64,000 nucleotides of DNA. Source: Candidatus Saccharimonadales bacterium (GTDB lineage Bacteria; Patescibacteriota; Saccharimonadia; Saccharimonadales; EFPC-124). Where the stretch lies: the NCBI GenBank assembly GCA_035457485.1, contig DATIBO010000006.1:178659-242658 (forward strand), given 5' to 3'. A program made the translations under genes and the position numbers. Below are positions 1 to 8,388 of the stretch, piece by piece. Under the pieces are notes generated by a model. It was given only the letters and a program-made list of their open reading frames with translations. It ran no database searches and had not been told where the DNA came from. Each line of letters begins with the position of its first letter. Within the stretch, counting starts at the first letter, position 1.

Positions 1-1131
1 GAACCTACCAAAAGGGGTGATTCGCGGATCGTTTACAACTTTTCGAGTTTCGTCGTACTCTTTGGCTAGATCTTCGCGGCCCATTTGTCTAAATTCTTCG
101 GCGGCATCTTGTTTACCGTATTTAGGTGACATGCTCCGGAATTTTAACAGATCAAAAGGCTTAGAATAGCGTGAAAGACGTTTGCTAACGTAAAAAATTG
201 GCCCGGGGTTCAGGATTTTTTGCAATACAATTATTATCAAAAAAATCGGTGACAAGATTAAAACGATCAAGGCTGTGGCTATAAAATCAAAAATGCGTTT
301 TACGACAACACCCCAACCTACTAGAGGTGTTTGGTAAACCGAAATAACTGGGTAGCTCAAAAATACATCAACAGTGTTTTTGCCGGAGTAAAACTCTGGC
401 TCTCCGGGGATAAACCTGTAGCTAATGTGGTTAGATTGCGCCGCGCCCAAGATCTTTTGGTTACGTTCGCTCGAGTCGTATAGATCAGTCTGAATTATGG
501 TGCTAATAAGGTCGGATTCAAGGTTCGTCAAAGCCCGCTCGGCGACTGAGTAGTGTTTACCTTTAAAGTCGGCGGGAATCACACTTTTTGGGCCGGCAAT
601 TGCAACAATTTTGTAACCAGACGTTGGCGTATCACTAAGTTGATCAGCAATATCCTTTGTGGCGATGGAATTGCCGATAATTAGAACTCGGCTGACGCCC
701 TTGCCAAACCTAAATAAAATTGTTCGTAGTAATCGCAGAACTTCGCGACCGATCACTAAAAGTAAAAATGATGAAATAAAGGCGTAAACTGCAACTAATC
801 GGGCAGGAAACACCGGTTCATCTACCACAAAGCTGTAGCCTAAAACTACTAAAATTCCCACAAAACTTCCAACAAAAAGTCTGCCCCACTCGGTTAGTCG
901 TTTTGTATAAATTTTACTTGTGTAAAGCCCAAAAAAAGCAAAAATAATTAGCCAAATAGGAATAAGTAAGAGTGAAGTTGCTAAAAAGTCCACTGCTGGA
1001 ACGTGAGAGACTAGTGGGCGGGGGTCAAATTGAACCCTCAAGACGTAGGCTGTAGTAAAAGCAGCGAGCAACACAAAAAAGTCACCCAGGACTAAAGCTA
1101 AACTGTAAAAACGAGCAAATCGTGGTGGCAT
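1..1131 (-). CDS. Polyprenyl glycosylphosphotransferase (bacterial sugar transferase family, WbaP/EpsL-like); C-terminus lies beyond the left edge
   Basis: Not in the ORF track because it is open at the window edge. Reverse-strand translation from ATG (cat at 1129-1131) gives MPPRFARFYSLALVLGDFFVLLAAF..., several TM helices, then PIFYVSKRLSRYSKPFDLLKFRSM...NDPRITPFGRF, the conserved catalytic core of this family. 377 in-frame codons, no stop. Confidence 0.8.
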   Translation of the reverse strand, partial: MPPRFARFYSLALVLGDFFVLLAAFTTAYVLRVQFDPRPLVSHVPAVDFLATSLLLIPIWLIIFAFFGLYTSKIYTKRLTEWGRLFVGSFVGILVVLGYSFVVDEPVFPARLVAVYAFISSFLLLVIGREVLRLLRTILFRFGKGVSRVLIIGNSIATKDIADQLSDTPTSGYKIVAIAGPKSVIPADFKGKHYSVAERALTNLESDLISTIIQTDLYDSSERNQKILGAAQSNHISYRFIPGEPEFYSGKNTVDVFLSYPVISVYQTPLVGWGVVVKRIFDFIATALIVLILSPIFLIIIVLQKILNPGPIFYVSKRLSRYSKPFDLLKFRSMSPKYGKQDAAEEFRQMGREDLAKEYDETRKVVNDPRITPFGRF

Positions 1132-1164
1132 AGTAATACCTGATAATTATTGTAACATTATTAT

Positions 1165-2478
1165 ATGAGCCACAGGGTTTTGTCTGATATTTTAGCTAAG
1201 TTTTTAACCCTGTTTTTTGCGTTGATTTTGGTCCTATTACCGTTTCATGCATTTTTATCGACTTGGGGAGGGACGGTAGTAGGCCCGCTTTTAGTTTGGA
1301 AAAGTTGGAAAGAGATCTTGCTCATAATCTTATTAATACCGGTCGCAATTTATTTATTTATGAATCGCGACCTAGCCGATCGATTATGGCGTCGAGCCAT
1401 CAATAAATTTGTAATAATTTACGCGATTATTACCGTTATTTGGGCTCTGTTCTCAAGCGCGTCGATGACGGCGATTGTCGCTGGGCTAGCCTTTAATTTG
1501 CGCTTTTTTGCAATGTTCTTATTGGCGCAAGTTTTACTAGAGAGTAAGAACAGCTGGATAGAAAAAGTTAAGCTCTTTGCTGCGCCGGTACTATTGTGGG
1601 TTACGGTTATAATTTCGTTGTTTGCTATTTTGCAAGTTACGGTTTTGCCGCATGATTTTTTGGTGTCTTTTGGTTACGACAAAGATTCTTCGATTGCACC
1701 CTTCATTTTGGTCGATGATAACCCAGAGGCAGTACGTGCTTTTTCAACTCTTCGTGGGCCAAATACGCTGGCAGCTTTTTTGGTTTTGCCGCTAATTCTA
1801 GCCTTGGCGTTATTTGTTGCTAAAAAACAGCGCTGGTTAGCGGCTATAACTCTAGCGTTAGGCGGAATCGCACTCTTACTAACTGGTGCCCGCAGTGCCT
1901 GGCTGGGGTTTGCGGCCGCCTTAATTTGCTTACTGCTTCTAGAGCTGCCAAAACAAAAATTGCTTAAAGTCATAAAATGGGGAGCTTTGCCGGGTTTCTT
2001 GCTCATTGCTGGATTCATTTGGCTAGCTACAACTGTGCCAGCGCTGCGACTTGCGGTGTTCCACTCTAGTCCAGGCGACCCAACGTTAGTAGAAGGTTCG
2101 ACCGAAGATCATTGGCATGCTACTACAAACGGCATAAAAGACGTGATTGCTAATCCAGTTGGAACTGGCGTGGGCTCGGCTGGCCCGGCGTCGTTCTATA
2201 GCGACAAAGTCAAATTAGCCGAAAATTACTTTGTGCAAATTGCGCAAGAGACAGGGGTGGTTGGAATAGGGCTATTTATAGCCATTTACTTGCTAATGTT
2301 CCGCCGATTGCTAATTGGTCGCGCTCAATTATGGCACAAAGTCCTACTTGCTAGTTTAGTTGGATTAACAGTGGTCAATATCTTTTTGCATGGTTGGGCG
2401 GACGATCCAACGGCCATGGTGTGGTGGGCCTTTGCTGGACTTTTTGCCTGGCCAGTAATAGGTGGTAAAAAATCGTGA
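1165..2478 (+). CDS. O-antigen ligase/polymerase-like (Wzy_C-type) polytopic membrane protein
   Basis: 437 aa, roughly 10-12 TM helices. The RGPNTLAAFL...TGARSAWLG loop is typical of O-antigen-ligase-like proteins. Located between the sugar transferase and GtrA genes. Confidence 0.6.
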   Translation: MSHRVLSDILAKFLTLFFALILVLLPFHAFLSTWGGTVVGPLLVWKSWKEILLIILLIPVAIYLFMNRDLADRLWRRAINKFVIIYAIITVIWALFSSASMTAIVAGLAFNLRFFAMFLLAQVLLESKNSWIEKVKLFAAPVLLWVTVIISLFAILQVTVLPHDFLVSFGYDKDSSIAPFILVDDNPEAVRAFSTLRGPNTLAAFLVLPLILALALFVAKKQRWLAAITLALGGIALLLTGARSAWLGFAAALICLLLLELPKQKLLKVIKWGALPGFLLIAGFIWLATTVPALRLAVFHSSPGDPTLVEGSTEDHWHATTNGIKDVIANPVGTGVGSAGPASFYSDKVKLAENYFVQIAQETGVVGIGLFIAIYLLMFRRLLIGRAQLWHKVLLASLVGLTVVNIFLHGWADDPTAMVWWAFAGLFAWPVIGGKKS

Positions 2479-2924
2479 CTTTGCACCCATACTACCAAGG
2501 TCCGTTTTATACTCGAGTCGATAAAGCCCAGCTAGTTTCCTATCCGCTCTCCGGTTTAATTACCACCCTGTCAGATTACGCAACTTTTTGGCTATTTTTT
2601 ACTGTTTTGGACTCCGGACTACTGATTGCGACAGTTTTGGCATACTGTGTTGGGCTAATCGTAAGTTACGTCCAAAATCGTTACTGGGTTTTTAAAAAAG
2701 GCGCAAGTAAACAAAGTGAAGGTGCAAGTCTGTGGCGTTACGCAACGTTTTTAGTGGTTAATTTAACTATCACTTATGTAATGTTGTGGTTAATGGAAGA
2801 CTTTTGGAGTATAACGCCCTACATCGGAAAAATAGTTGTTAACGTGTTTATGTTTTTTTGGATATACTTAGGTAATACGTACTGGGTATTTAGAGGCGAA
2901 AAAACAGGACCAATTCAAATATGA
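2475..2924 (+). CDS. GtrA-family polysaccharide-synthesis membrane protein
   Basis: 149 aa, 4 TM helices, paired NRYWVF / NTYWVF motifs. The GTG start overlaps the upstream stop (GTGA), indicating translational coupling. Confidence 0.75.
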   Translation: MTLHPYYQGPFYTRVDKAQLVSYPLSGLITTLSDYATFWLFFTVLDSGLLIATVLAYCVGLIVSYVQNRYWVFKKGASKQSEGASLWRYATFLVVNLTITYVMLWLMEDFWSITPYIGKIVVNVFMFFWIYLGNTYWVFRGEKTGPIQI

Positions 2925-3376
2925 ACGAAGCACAAAATCGACCAAGCAAAAAACAACGCGAACTTTTAAGTTATATTGAGGCTTTTATAACTCAGCATGG
3001 CTACGGCCCGAGCTACCGCGAGGTTATGAATGCACTAAACTACAAATCGGTTTCGACAGTAGCTACCCATATAGACAATCTGATAACCAAAGGTCATTTA
3101 CGTAAGCGCGATAAATCAGCCCGGTCGCTAGAGGTCGTCCAAGGCACAAAAGAATTTAAACAAAAAACAGACGTAACCTACGCTCAGGAAAAGTGGTTAA
3201 TAGAACTTGTTAAAAAGAAGTTCTCAGTGGTCGAAAAAGAGCTGAGCCAGGCTTTGATCGATGACTTATACGTTTTAGTCGGGGCCTTACAAGTGATTGG
3301 CTTGGGTGACGCTGCGCGCAGTTTTAAGCCACGATTGGTTGAGCTAGCCCAAAAGGTTAAAGCTAGCTCAGAGTAA
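2921..3376 (+). CDS. LexA-type winged-helix DNA-binding protein lacking the S24 peptidase domain
   Basis: The N-terminus KKQRELLSYIEAFITQHGYGPSYREVMNALNYKSVSTVATHIDNLITKGHLRK...RSLEV matches the LexA DNA-binding domain pattern. The C-terminal 80 aa show no Ser/Lys peptidase motifs. ATGA overlap with gtrA-like. Confidence 0.6.
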   Translation: MNEAQNRPSKKQRELLSYIEAFITQHGYGPSYREVMNALNYKSVSTVATHIDNLITKGHLRKRDKSARSLEVVQGTKEFKQKTDVTYAQEKWLIELVKKKFSVVEKELSQALIDDLYVLVGALQVIGLGDAARSFKPRLVELAQKVKASSE

Positions 3377-3811
3377 GTTAGAAACATGAATTTGGTGTGG
3401 CTCTGCAATAAGCTTAGCAAAGTCTAGCGTGGCCAGCTTTTCAGGTAAAACAAACTCAGTTTTAGGATCAATAAAACTCGCTTGGCTGATTTCGATGTTT
3501 CCATGACTGGTGTTGTCCAGGTCTACTAATTCGTAATCGTCGGCATTTTTAATATAAAAGAAGAATTCTAAAAATTCCTTTTGTTCATCTTTATATTGTT
3601 GGATCATGATTAAGTGGCCAATTTGGGGTGTAATGCCTGTTTCCTCAATCATTTCGCGGTGCAAGCCCTCGGTTATTGATTCGCCAAATTCAAGTCCGCC
3701 TCCAGGGGTGCACCAGTAATCATGTTCGCCATCTGGGCTCTTAAGTTTTTGCGCGTAGATTTTACCGTTTTTAAAAATTATTCCTCGCACGTTAATTCTG
3801 CGTTGTTGCAT
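3368..3811 (-). CDS. NUDIX hydrolase
   Basis: Nudix box GGGLEFGESITEGLHREMIEETGI. Confidence 0.8.
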   Translation of the reverse strand: MQQRRINVRGIIFKNGKIYAQKLKSPDGEHDYWCTPGGGLEFGESITEGLHREMIEETGITPQIGHLIMIQQYKDEQKEFLEFFFYIKNADDYELVDLDNTSHGNIEISQASFIDPKTEFVLPEKLATLDFAKLIAEPHQIHVSNLL

Positions 3812-3939
3812 TTTAAAACTCCTTTAAGGTTAATAAAGGCGTTATTGGTTCGGTTCGTCCGAACATTTGCGCATAGAGGATCCTAGTGGATCTTAGTGAT
3901 ATTGATTTTAACAAAAAAAACAAAAAACAGTCCAAGTCG

Positions 3940-3967
3940 TTGACCTCTGTTTATAAGCTGATATAAT
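3940..3967 (+). promoter_or_regulatory. Sigma70-like promoter of tRNA-Asn
   Basis: TTGACC (3940-3945), 16-nt spacer, TATAAT (3962-3967). It lies 11 nt upstream of the mature tRNA 5' end. Confidence 0.55.
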
Positions 3968-3978
3968 ATTCAAAGTAT

Positions 3979-4053
3979 TCCGGGGTAGCGCAGCGGTAGC
4001 GCAGTTGACTGTTAATCAATTGGTCGCGGGTTCGAATCCCGCCCCCGGAGCCA
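3979..4053 (+). tRNA. tRNA-Asn (anticodon GTT)
   Basis: Manual cloverleaf: tccgggg/ta/gcgc-agcggta-gcgc/a/gttga-CTGTTAA-tcaat/tggtc/gcggg-ttcgaat-cccgc/ccccgga/g/cca. 75 nt with encoded CCA. Confidence 0.9.
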
Positions 4054-4099
4054 AGATAGAGAGCCATGCTGAAAAGCAGGGCTTTTTATCTGTAAATCG
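4048..4099 (+). repeat. Direct repeat copy 1 (last 6 nt of tRNA-Asn plus its terminator hairpin)
   Basis: gagccaagatagagagccatgcTGaaaagcaGggctttttatctgtaaatcg matches 6853-6904 at 49 of 52 positions. Confidence 0.9.
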
Positions 4100-4223
4100 T
4101 TGGTAGACTATGGCCGCTACAACAGCAAGAAGTTTAAGCTCGCGAAGGCTGGTTATGGTGCATTAAAGCAGTTGCCCAAAGCAGAGTCTGAGAAGGCCTG
4201 ACGGGCAAAGGATTACTTAATTT

Positions 4224-5027
4224 ATGCCCAAGCTAAAAAAGTCTGGTAAGTGTCATATCTGCGGCGAGGTTGGAACGCTCTCATACGAGCATGTCCCGCC
4301 CGCTAGTGCTTTCAACAACACAAAGACTCGGGTCTTTAAGGCTACGGAAATACTAGGCAGAAACGACAAGCTGTCGTGGGATATGGATGGCATCAAAGCT
4401 ATCGAGCAGCAGCGCGGTCGTGGCGGCTATACGCTGTGCGAGTCGTGCAACAACTTCACAGGACACGCATACGCCAAAGAGTATGTGCATATGGTACAGC
4501 TCGCTACTGACGGTAAGCATAGTCAATATATACATGATGGTGTCGGCATAGAAATAGCGCTAGACGCTGTTTACTCCCTACGGTTTGCCAAGCAGGTGCT
4601 AGCTATGTTTGCATCTACAAACCACGACAGTTTCTTTGACGCTTATCCAGAACTACGGAAGCTGGTGTTAGATAAAGAGGCTCGTGGAATTGATGAAAAC
4701 AAGTTCGCCCTGTACATGTACTACATGCTCGAAGGTCTCGGTAGAAACACGGGTATTGCGATATGGGGTGACTTTGCATTGGGCACAAGCTTTCGTGCTA
4801 GCGAGATGTCGGCACCACCTTTCGGGTTCGTACTCGAATTTAACCCGCAACGTGACAAGCACGGCATGTGGGGGGCTGAGATAACCTCCATGCTCAATGA
4901 GTTTGGTTATAACGACAAGACAAATATAGGTCTTCGGATGCCCAAGTTTGAGCAGAACACGCCGGTACCGTGCGACTTCAGAACCAAAGAGGAAATTGAA
5001 GGACGGTTTAATGAGGCTACTGCGTAA
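4224..5027 (+). CDS. HNH-like (CxxC...EHxxP...CxxCN) putative nuclease with an unknown C-terminal domain
   Basis: 267 aa. The N-terminus CHICGEVGTLSYEHVPPASAFN...CESCNNFTG resembles the two-CxxC beta-beta-alpha-Me finger of HNH_5-type proteins. The remainder is unassigned. Confidence 0.4.
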   Translation: MPKLKKSGKCHICGEVGTLSYEHVPPASAFNNTKTRVFKATEILGRNDKLSWDMDGIKAIEQQRGRGGYTLCESCNNFTGHAYAKEYVHMVQLATDGKHSQYIHDGVGIEIALDAVYSLRFAKQVLAMFASTNHDSFFDAYPELRKLVLDKEARGIDENKFALYMYYMLEGLGRNTGIAIWGDFALGTSFRASEMSAPPFGFVLEFNPQRDKHGMWGAEITSMLNEFGYNDKTNIGLRMPKFEQNTPVPCDFRTKEEIEGRFNEATA

Positions 5028-5544
5028 GGTCTTTCGAAACCTGTTAGGCATAAGCATGCGGAAACGCTACCCGCCTGATAAATATCCATTCTCGGAAGAC
5101 CTATACACATTCATGGAAAACTACCCGAAGTCAGAGGCCGCACTAAAGCTTAGTAGCCCCAATCGGTTCGTGACCATACCACTCATTTTTACCTCGTTTC
5201 TGCCTCAGAATCATGTGAAGTCGGCAGACGAAATAATTGGCATCTGGTACTACGATAAGGCTAAAGTCCGCTGCGGCTTTCACAAGAGAGTCTGTAACTT
5301 CAAACAGGACTTCATCGTGAACGTTGGAACACTCGGCAAAGAGTATGTCGTATACACGGCCGACAAGCAGTACCAACCCTACGTTCAGCCAATTAGTAAG
5401 TTCTTCAAGGATTACGGCAGCAACGGCAAGTTTTATCATGATGGCAATAGAGAATGGAACCATCACTATGAAACTTCCAAAGACTTGCCTAATGAACCTC
5501 GCCTAATTCAGCTTGCGAGTACAATAGAGGCTAATAACTCATGA
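5011..5544 (+). CDS. Hypothetical protein
   Basis: The track ORF is 4948..5544. I prefer ATG 5011 (or 5056), which shortens the overlap with the upstream gene to 17 nt. No recognisable motifs. Confidence 0.4.
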   Translation: MRLLRKVFRNLLGISMRKRYPPDKYPFSEDLYTFMENYPKSEAALKLSSPNRFVTIPLIFTSFLPQNHVKSADEIIGIWYYDKAKVRCGFHKRVCNFKQDFIVNVGTLGKEYVVYTADKQYQPYVQPISKFFKDYGSNGKFYHDGNREWNHHYETSKDLPNEPRLIQLASTIEANNS

Positions 5545-5885
5545 GACAATTACCGCTTCCCTCATCAGCTGCTAGCGCATCACTTATATCGACTCTCGCC
5601 GATCTGGTAACTATTGCAGGCGGTCTTCTGGCAATCGGTATAGCCATATGGCAGTTTCGCCTATATCGGCAGCTTGGCGACAACCAGAAGGCTATCGAGG
5701 CCAAGCAAGCTGAGATTGATGCCGTTCCAGACCGGCAGCTCGCCAAAGCTCAACAACATGGTATCGCGCAGCCAATCCTCGATAGGATGATCGTCACAGC
5801 TCAGGCCCCACTAAAGCATGAGCTTGAGCTACTTGAGCGAGACAGGAAGTTCATTAAAGACAAACTATTGTTTGCGAAGAAGTAA
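5541..5885 (+). CDS. Hypothetical membrane-anchored coiled-coil protein
   Basis: 114 aa with one TM helix (LVTIAGGLLAIGIAIW) followed by a charged helical region. ATGA overlap with the upstream ORF. Confidence 0.45.
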   Translation: MRQLPLPSSAASASLISTLADLVTIAGGLLAIGIAIWQFRLYRQLGDNQKAIEAKQAEIDAVPDRQLAKAQQHGIAQPILDRMIVTAQAPLKHELELLERDRKFIKDKLLFAKK

Positions 5886-6020
5886 CTATCAGTCAGTTAA
5901 TATATGAACAAACCAACCGCGAACATCGACAGACGTCGGATGCTCGATAAATAGCCATAAGTATCGATAACATATCTACTACAATTTGCAACGCACGTCT
6001 TGTGCAGTTATGCTAGTGGC

Positions 6021-6761
6021 ATGGCCAAGAGAAAGAAAAAAAGAGGCGATAGGCTACGGAGGGTGCTTAGTACGGTCTCACAGGGTTTTCGGTTTAGTCT
6101 AAAGTGGCGCTATCTATTGTGGGCTACGATCTGTGCCTTCGTTATTCTTGTGGTTGCTAACCGTGTTACACTTGCCCATTGGCTCGATGGCGTGGACTGG
6201 GTGTTAATAAAGGACTACCTCGCGGTAATAATCACGTGGCCGACTGCGATCTTAGTGCTGGGTTTAGTTTTCATGTATAGGTTTAGTGAGGCAATCCGTG
6301 TCTTTCTGAGCAAAATAGACCGATTAAAGGCTGTAGGGGTTGAATTAAGTCAACAGCAATCCGTGACACCGCCTACGCCCACCGACAGTAAGGAGCAAAA
6401 GACTGTTGAAGACTTGGAAAGTAAGGTTGATGACGGTAGTGTAACGCTCACGAAGCGGCAGGTAGATAATCTCGTTACTCTTCTTGAAACCATGGACTTC
6501 AGATTCCTTAACCTACATCTGGTGCAAAATACAAAAAACGCCTTGAGAGTGATGACACAGAGTGAGGTTAGAAAGAGTGCGTTTTTGCAAGTATATCAAG
6601 TGCCTCCACAACTTACAGACCCAGTTACAGAACGACAAGCGATACTCAATGCACTATTTGATGCTGGCCTAATTCACGAAGAAAGTGACATACTGAAAGC
6701 TACGGAAAAAGGGGTGCGCTTCCTGGCATTCATCGGAACACCCGTTCAACAAGCCAGATAA
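6021..6761 (+). CDS. Hypothetical membrane protein with a basic N-terminus and soluble C-terminal domain
   Basis: The track start at 6000 is TTG; the first ATG is 6021 (MAKRKKKRGD). 2-3 TM helices, then a roughly 140-aa soluble domain. Confidence 0.45.
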   Translation: MAKRKKKRGDRLRRVLSTVSQGFRFSLKWRYLLWATICAFVILVVANRVTLAHWLDGVDWVLIKDYLAVIITWPTAILVLGLVFMYRFSEAIRVFLSKIDRLKAVGVELSQQQSVTPPTPTDSKEQKTVEDLESKVDDGSVTLTKRQVDNLVTLLETMDFRFLNLHLVQNTKNALRVMTQSEVRKSAFLQVYQVPPQLTDPVTERQAILNALFDAGLIHEESDILKATEKGVRFLAFIGTPVQQAR

Positions 6762-6852
6762 CTTAGCCTCTTGCCATAACCCTGGTCGTATCACGTCTCA
6801 TATGCAAACACAGAGGATGAATAATCGCCCTTGATCACGGTTATAACTTCCT

Positions 6853-6904
6853 CTATCGTGGTGAGCCAAGATAGAGAGCCATGCCCAAAAGCATGGCTTT
6901 TTAT
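6853..6904 (+). repeat. Direct repeat copy 2 (tRNA-Asn 3' end plus terminator hairpin)
   Basis: gagccaagatagagagccatgcCCaaaagcaTggctttttatctgtaaatcg. The hairpin gccatgc/gcatggc is perfect here. The 3 differences from copy 1 all fall in the hairpin region: two in the loop next to the 5' arm and one in the 3' arm. Confidence 0.9.
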
Positions 6905-6988
6905 CTGTAAATCGCTCCTGGCCAAAGATGCCGAGCTTGACCGCCTGAAGACGGCGCAAGACCTGATGTTTGTCGTATAATTACATAC

Positions 6989-7315
6989 ATGGATACCGCA
7001 TTTCTTGAGCAGTACTATGAAAAAGTAATCCTTCCACTGTATAAAGATGACGCTATTAAAGTTGCTGTCTGGAAAGATCATGGGCAAGTTGGTCCAGATA
7101 GCTGGGCACACTACTTTGAAGATACTAATGGCACCGAGTACGTACTGCTGGCCGAAGACTACCCGAACGGCTCTTATTTGAACGATGACTTAAGCCATGA
7201 TGTAGTTCTAGTTCCAGATGGTGAAAGTGCGGCGGTAAAAGTTACGATCGATAATAAGTGGTTTCCGAATATTTCAGGGTATTTTACTCTGCTTAGAGAA
7301 CGAAGCCGCACTTAA
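6989..7315 (+). CDS. Hypothetical protein
   Basis: 108-aa acidic ORF with no motif recognised. Confidence 0.4.
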   Translation: MDTAFLEQYYEKVILPLYKDDAIKVAVWKDHGQVGPDSWAHYFEDTNGTEYVLLAEDYPNGSYLNDDLSHDVVLVPDGESAAVKVTIDNKWFPNISGYFTLLRERSRT

Positions 7316-7399
7316 TCGTAGTTATGACATGCTCTATTGTTGTGAGCATGAATCTATTAAATAGACCATTTCGTTCTCTTGGCATCAGTAGCAAGAGTG

Positions 7400-7894
7400 T
7401 CAGTCAATTAAGATCTTGGTGTTTGGTATTTTTGGCTGAATTTGGCTAATATCGAACTTTGATACGTTTGGGTTGCCACGCAGATCTAAGGTTTCAAGGT
7501 TTTTTAAATTACCTATTTCTAGCGGCAAGCCCGAGATGTTGTTGTTTGCGAAGTTAGCAATTCGTAGTTTGCTTAACTGGCCAATTTCGGCGGGAATGCC
7601 TGTCATTTTGTTATTTGCGGCGTTAAGAGTTTCAAGGTTAGTTAACTTTCGGATTTCTGCCGGCAAGGCGCCGGTCAAGTTATTGTTGCTTACATCTAAG
7701 CTAATAGCTGAATTATCGTCGAGTATATTTTTTGGAACCTCAACCAACCCTTTGCCAGAAAGATCTAGGGCACTATTAGAATTTTCGTTAACTGGCGTGG
7801 AAGGTTCTGAGTTTTTACCCAAGTTCTGTGTAAATAGTAAAGCACCCAGGGCTCCTATAACTACCACAAGCACAACTATAATAGCGTTCTTCAT
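7400..7894 (-). CDS. Membrane-anchored leucine-rich-repeat (LRR) protein
   Basis: N-terminal TM/signal anchor (IIVVLVVVIGALGALLF), then about five 23-24-aa repeats LxxLxxLxLxxNxLxGxIPxEIGxL. Confidence 0.75.
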   Translation of the reverse strand: MKNAIIVVLVVVIGALGALLFTQNLGKNSEPSTPVNENSNSALDLSGKGLVEVPKNILDDNSAISLDVSNNNLTGALPAEIRKLTNLETLNAANNKMTGIPAEIGQLSKLRIANFANNNISGLPLEIGNLKNLETLDLRGNPNVSKFDISQIQPKIPNTKILID

Positions 7895-7990
7895 CTTGGT
7901 ATTATACCAGTTAGCTCGATAATTATTGCATACTAGTAGTCCTGAGGGGTTGGTGGCGTGTGACAGTTAAGCAACGGAGTTAAACCAGGC

Positions 7991-8048
7991 TATTCAAAGT
8001 ATTCCGGGTAGCGCAGTTGACTGTTAATCAATTGGTCGCGGGTTCGAA
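7991..8048 (+). pseudogene. tRNA-Asn 5' fragment (pseudo-tRNA)
   Basis: tattcaaagtattccgggtagcgcagttgactgttaatcaattggtcgcgggttcgaa corresponds to 3967-4038 (12 nt of upstream flank plus the tRNA up to the T-loop). It has a 12-nt D-arm deletion and lacks the last 15 nt of the tRNA (T-stem 3' strand, acceptor 3' strand, discriminator, CCA) and the promoter. Confidence 0.85.
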
Positions 8049-8085
8049 ACGCTGGGTTTTTGTTTAGGGATGTTAAACTATTAAA

Positions 8086-8388
8086 ATGGATTATTCTAAA
8101 AGTCGACCAATTAGACATATTGTACTTTTTAAAGTTTATGAAAACACGAGTAACGAGGACCGCCAGAAAGCGATAGAAACATTAAAAAAACTTGGATCCG
8201 AGCCGGGTGTTTTAGAGTGGAGAATTGAAGAATCTTTGGATACGCGCAAAGGTTATGTGATTGCCGAGAATAGTTTATTCGAGGATAATAATAAATTTCA
8301 GCAGTTTAGGGCTTCGCAAAATCACAAAGTTGCCGTTGAAGTTATGAGTAAAATCGCCGACTGGACGGTCGCCGATTACGCTGAATGA
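8086..8388 (+). CDS. Dabb-family stress-responsive alpha/beta-barrel protein
   Basis: 100 aa. IRHIVLFKV...EDRQKAIETLKKL...WRIEESLD pattern. Confidence 0.65.
   Translation: MDYSKSRPIRHIVLFKVYENTSNEDRQKAIETLKKLGSEPGVLEWRIEESLDTRKGYVIAENSLFEDNNKFQQFRASQNHKVAVEVMSKIADWTVADYAE

Larger units (their letters stand above)
4054..6852. mobile_element. Integrase-less genomic islet bounded by the 52-bp direct repeats at tRNA-Asn
   Basis: Flanked by att-like direct repeats that begin in the tRNA 3' end. Carries four orphan genes. No recombinase is visible. Confidence 0.5.

Noticed and set aside
1674-2018. 114-aa minus-strand ORF
   Set aside because: It is antisense within the O-antigen-ligase-like membrane protein gene.
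6791-7111. 106-aa minus-strand ORF
   Set aside because: It runs across direct repeat copy 2 (a terminator hairpin) and is antisense to 6989..7315, with no RBS.
7473-7922. 149-aa plus-strand ORF
   Set aside because: It is antisense to the LRR gene. Its repetitive sequence mirrors the LRR repeats, so it is a shadow ORF.
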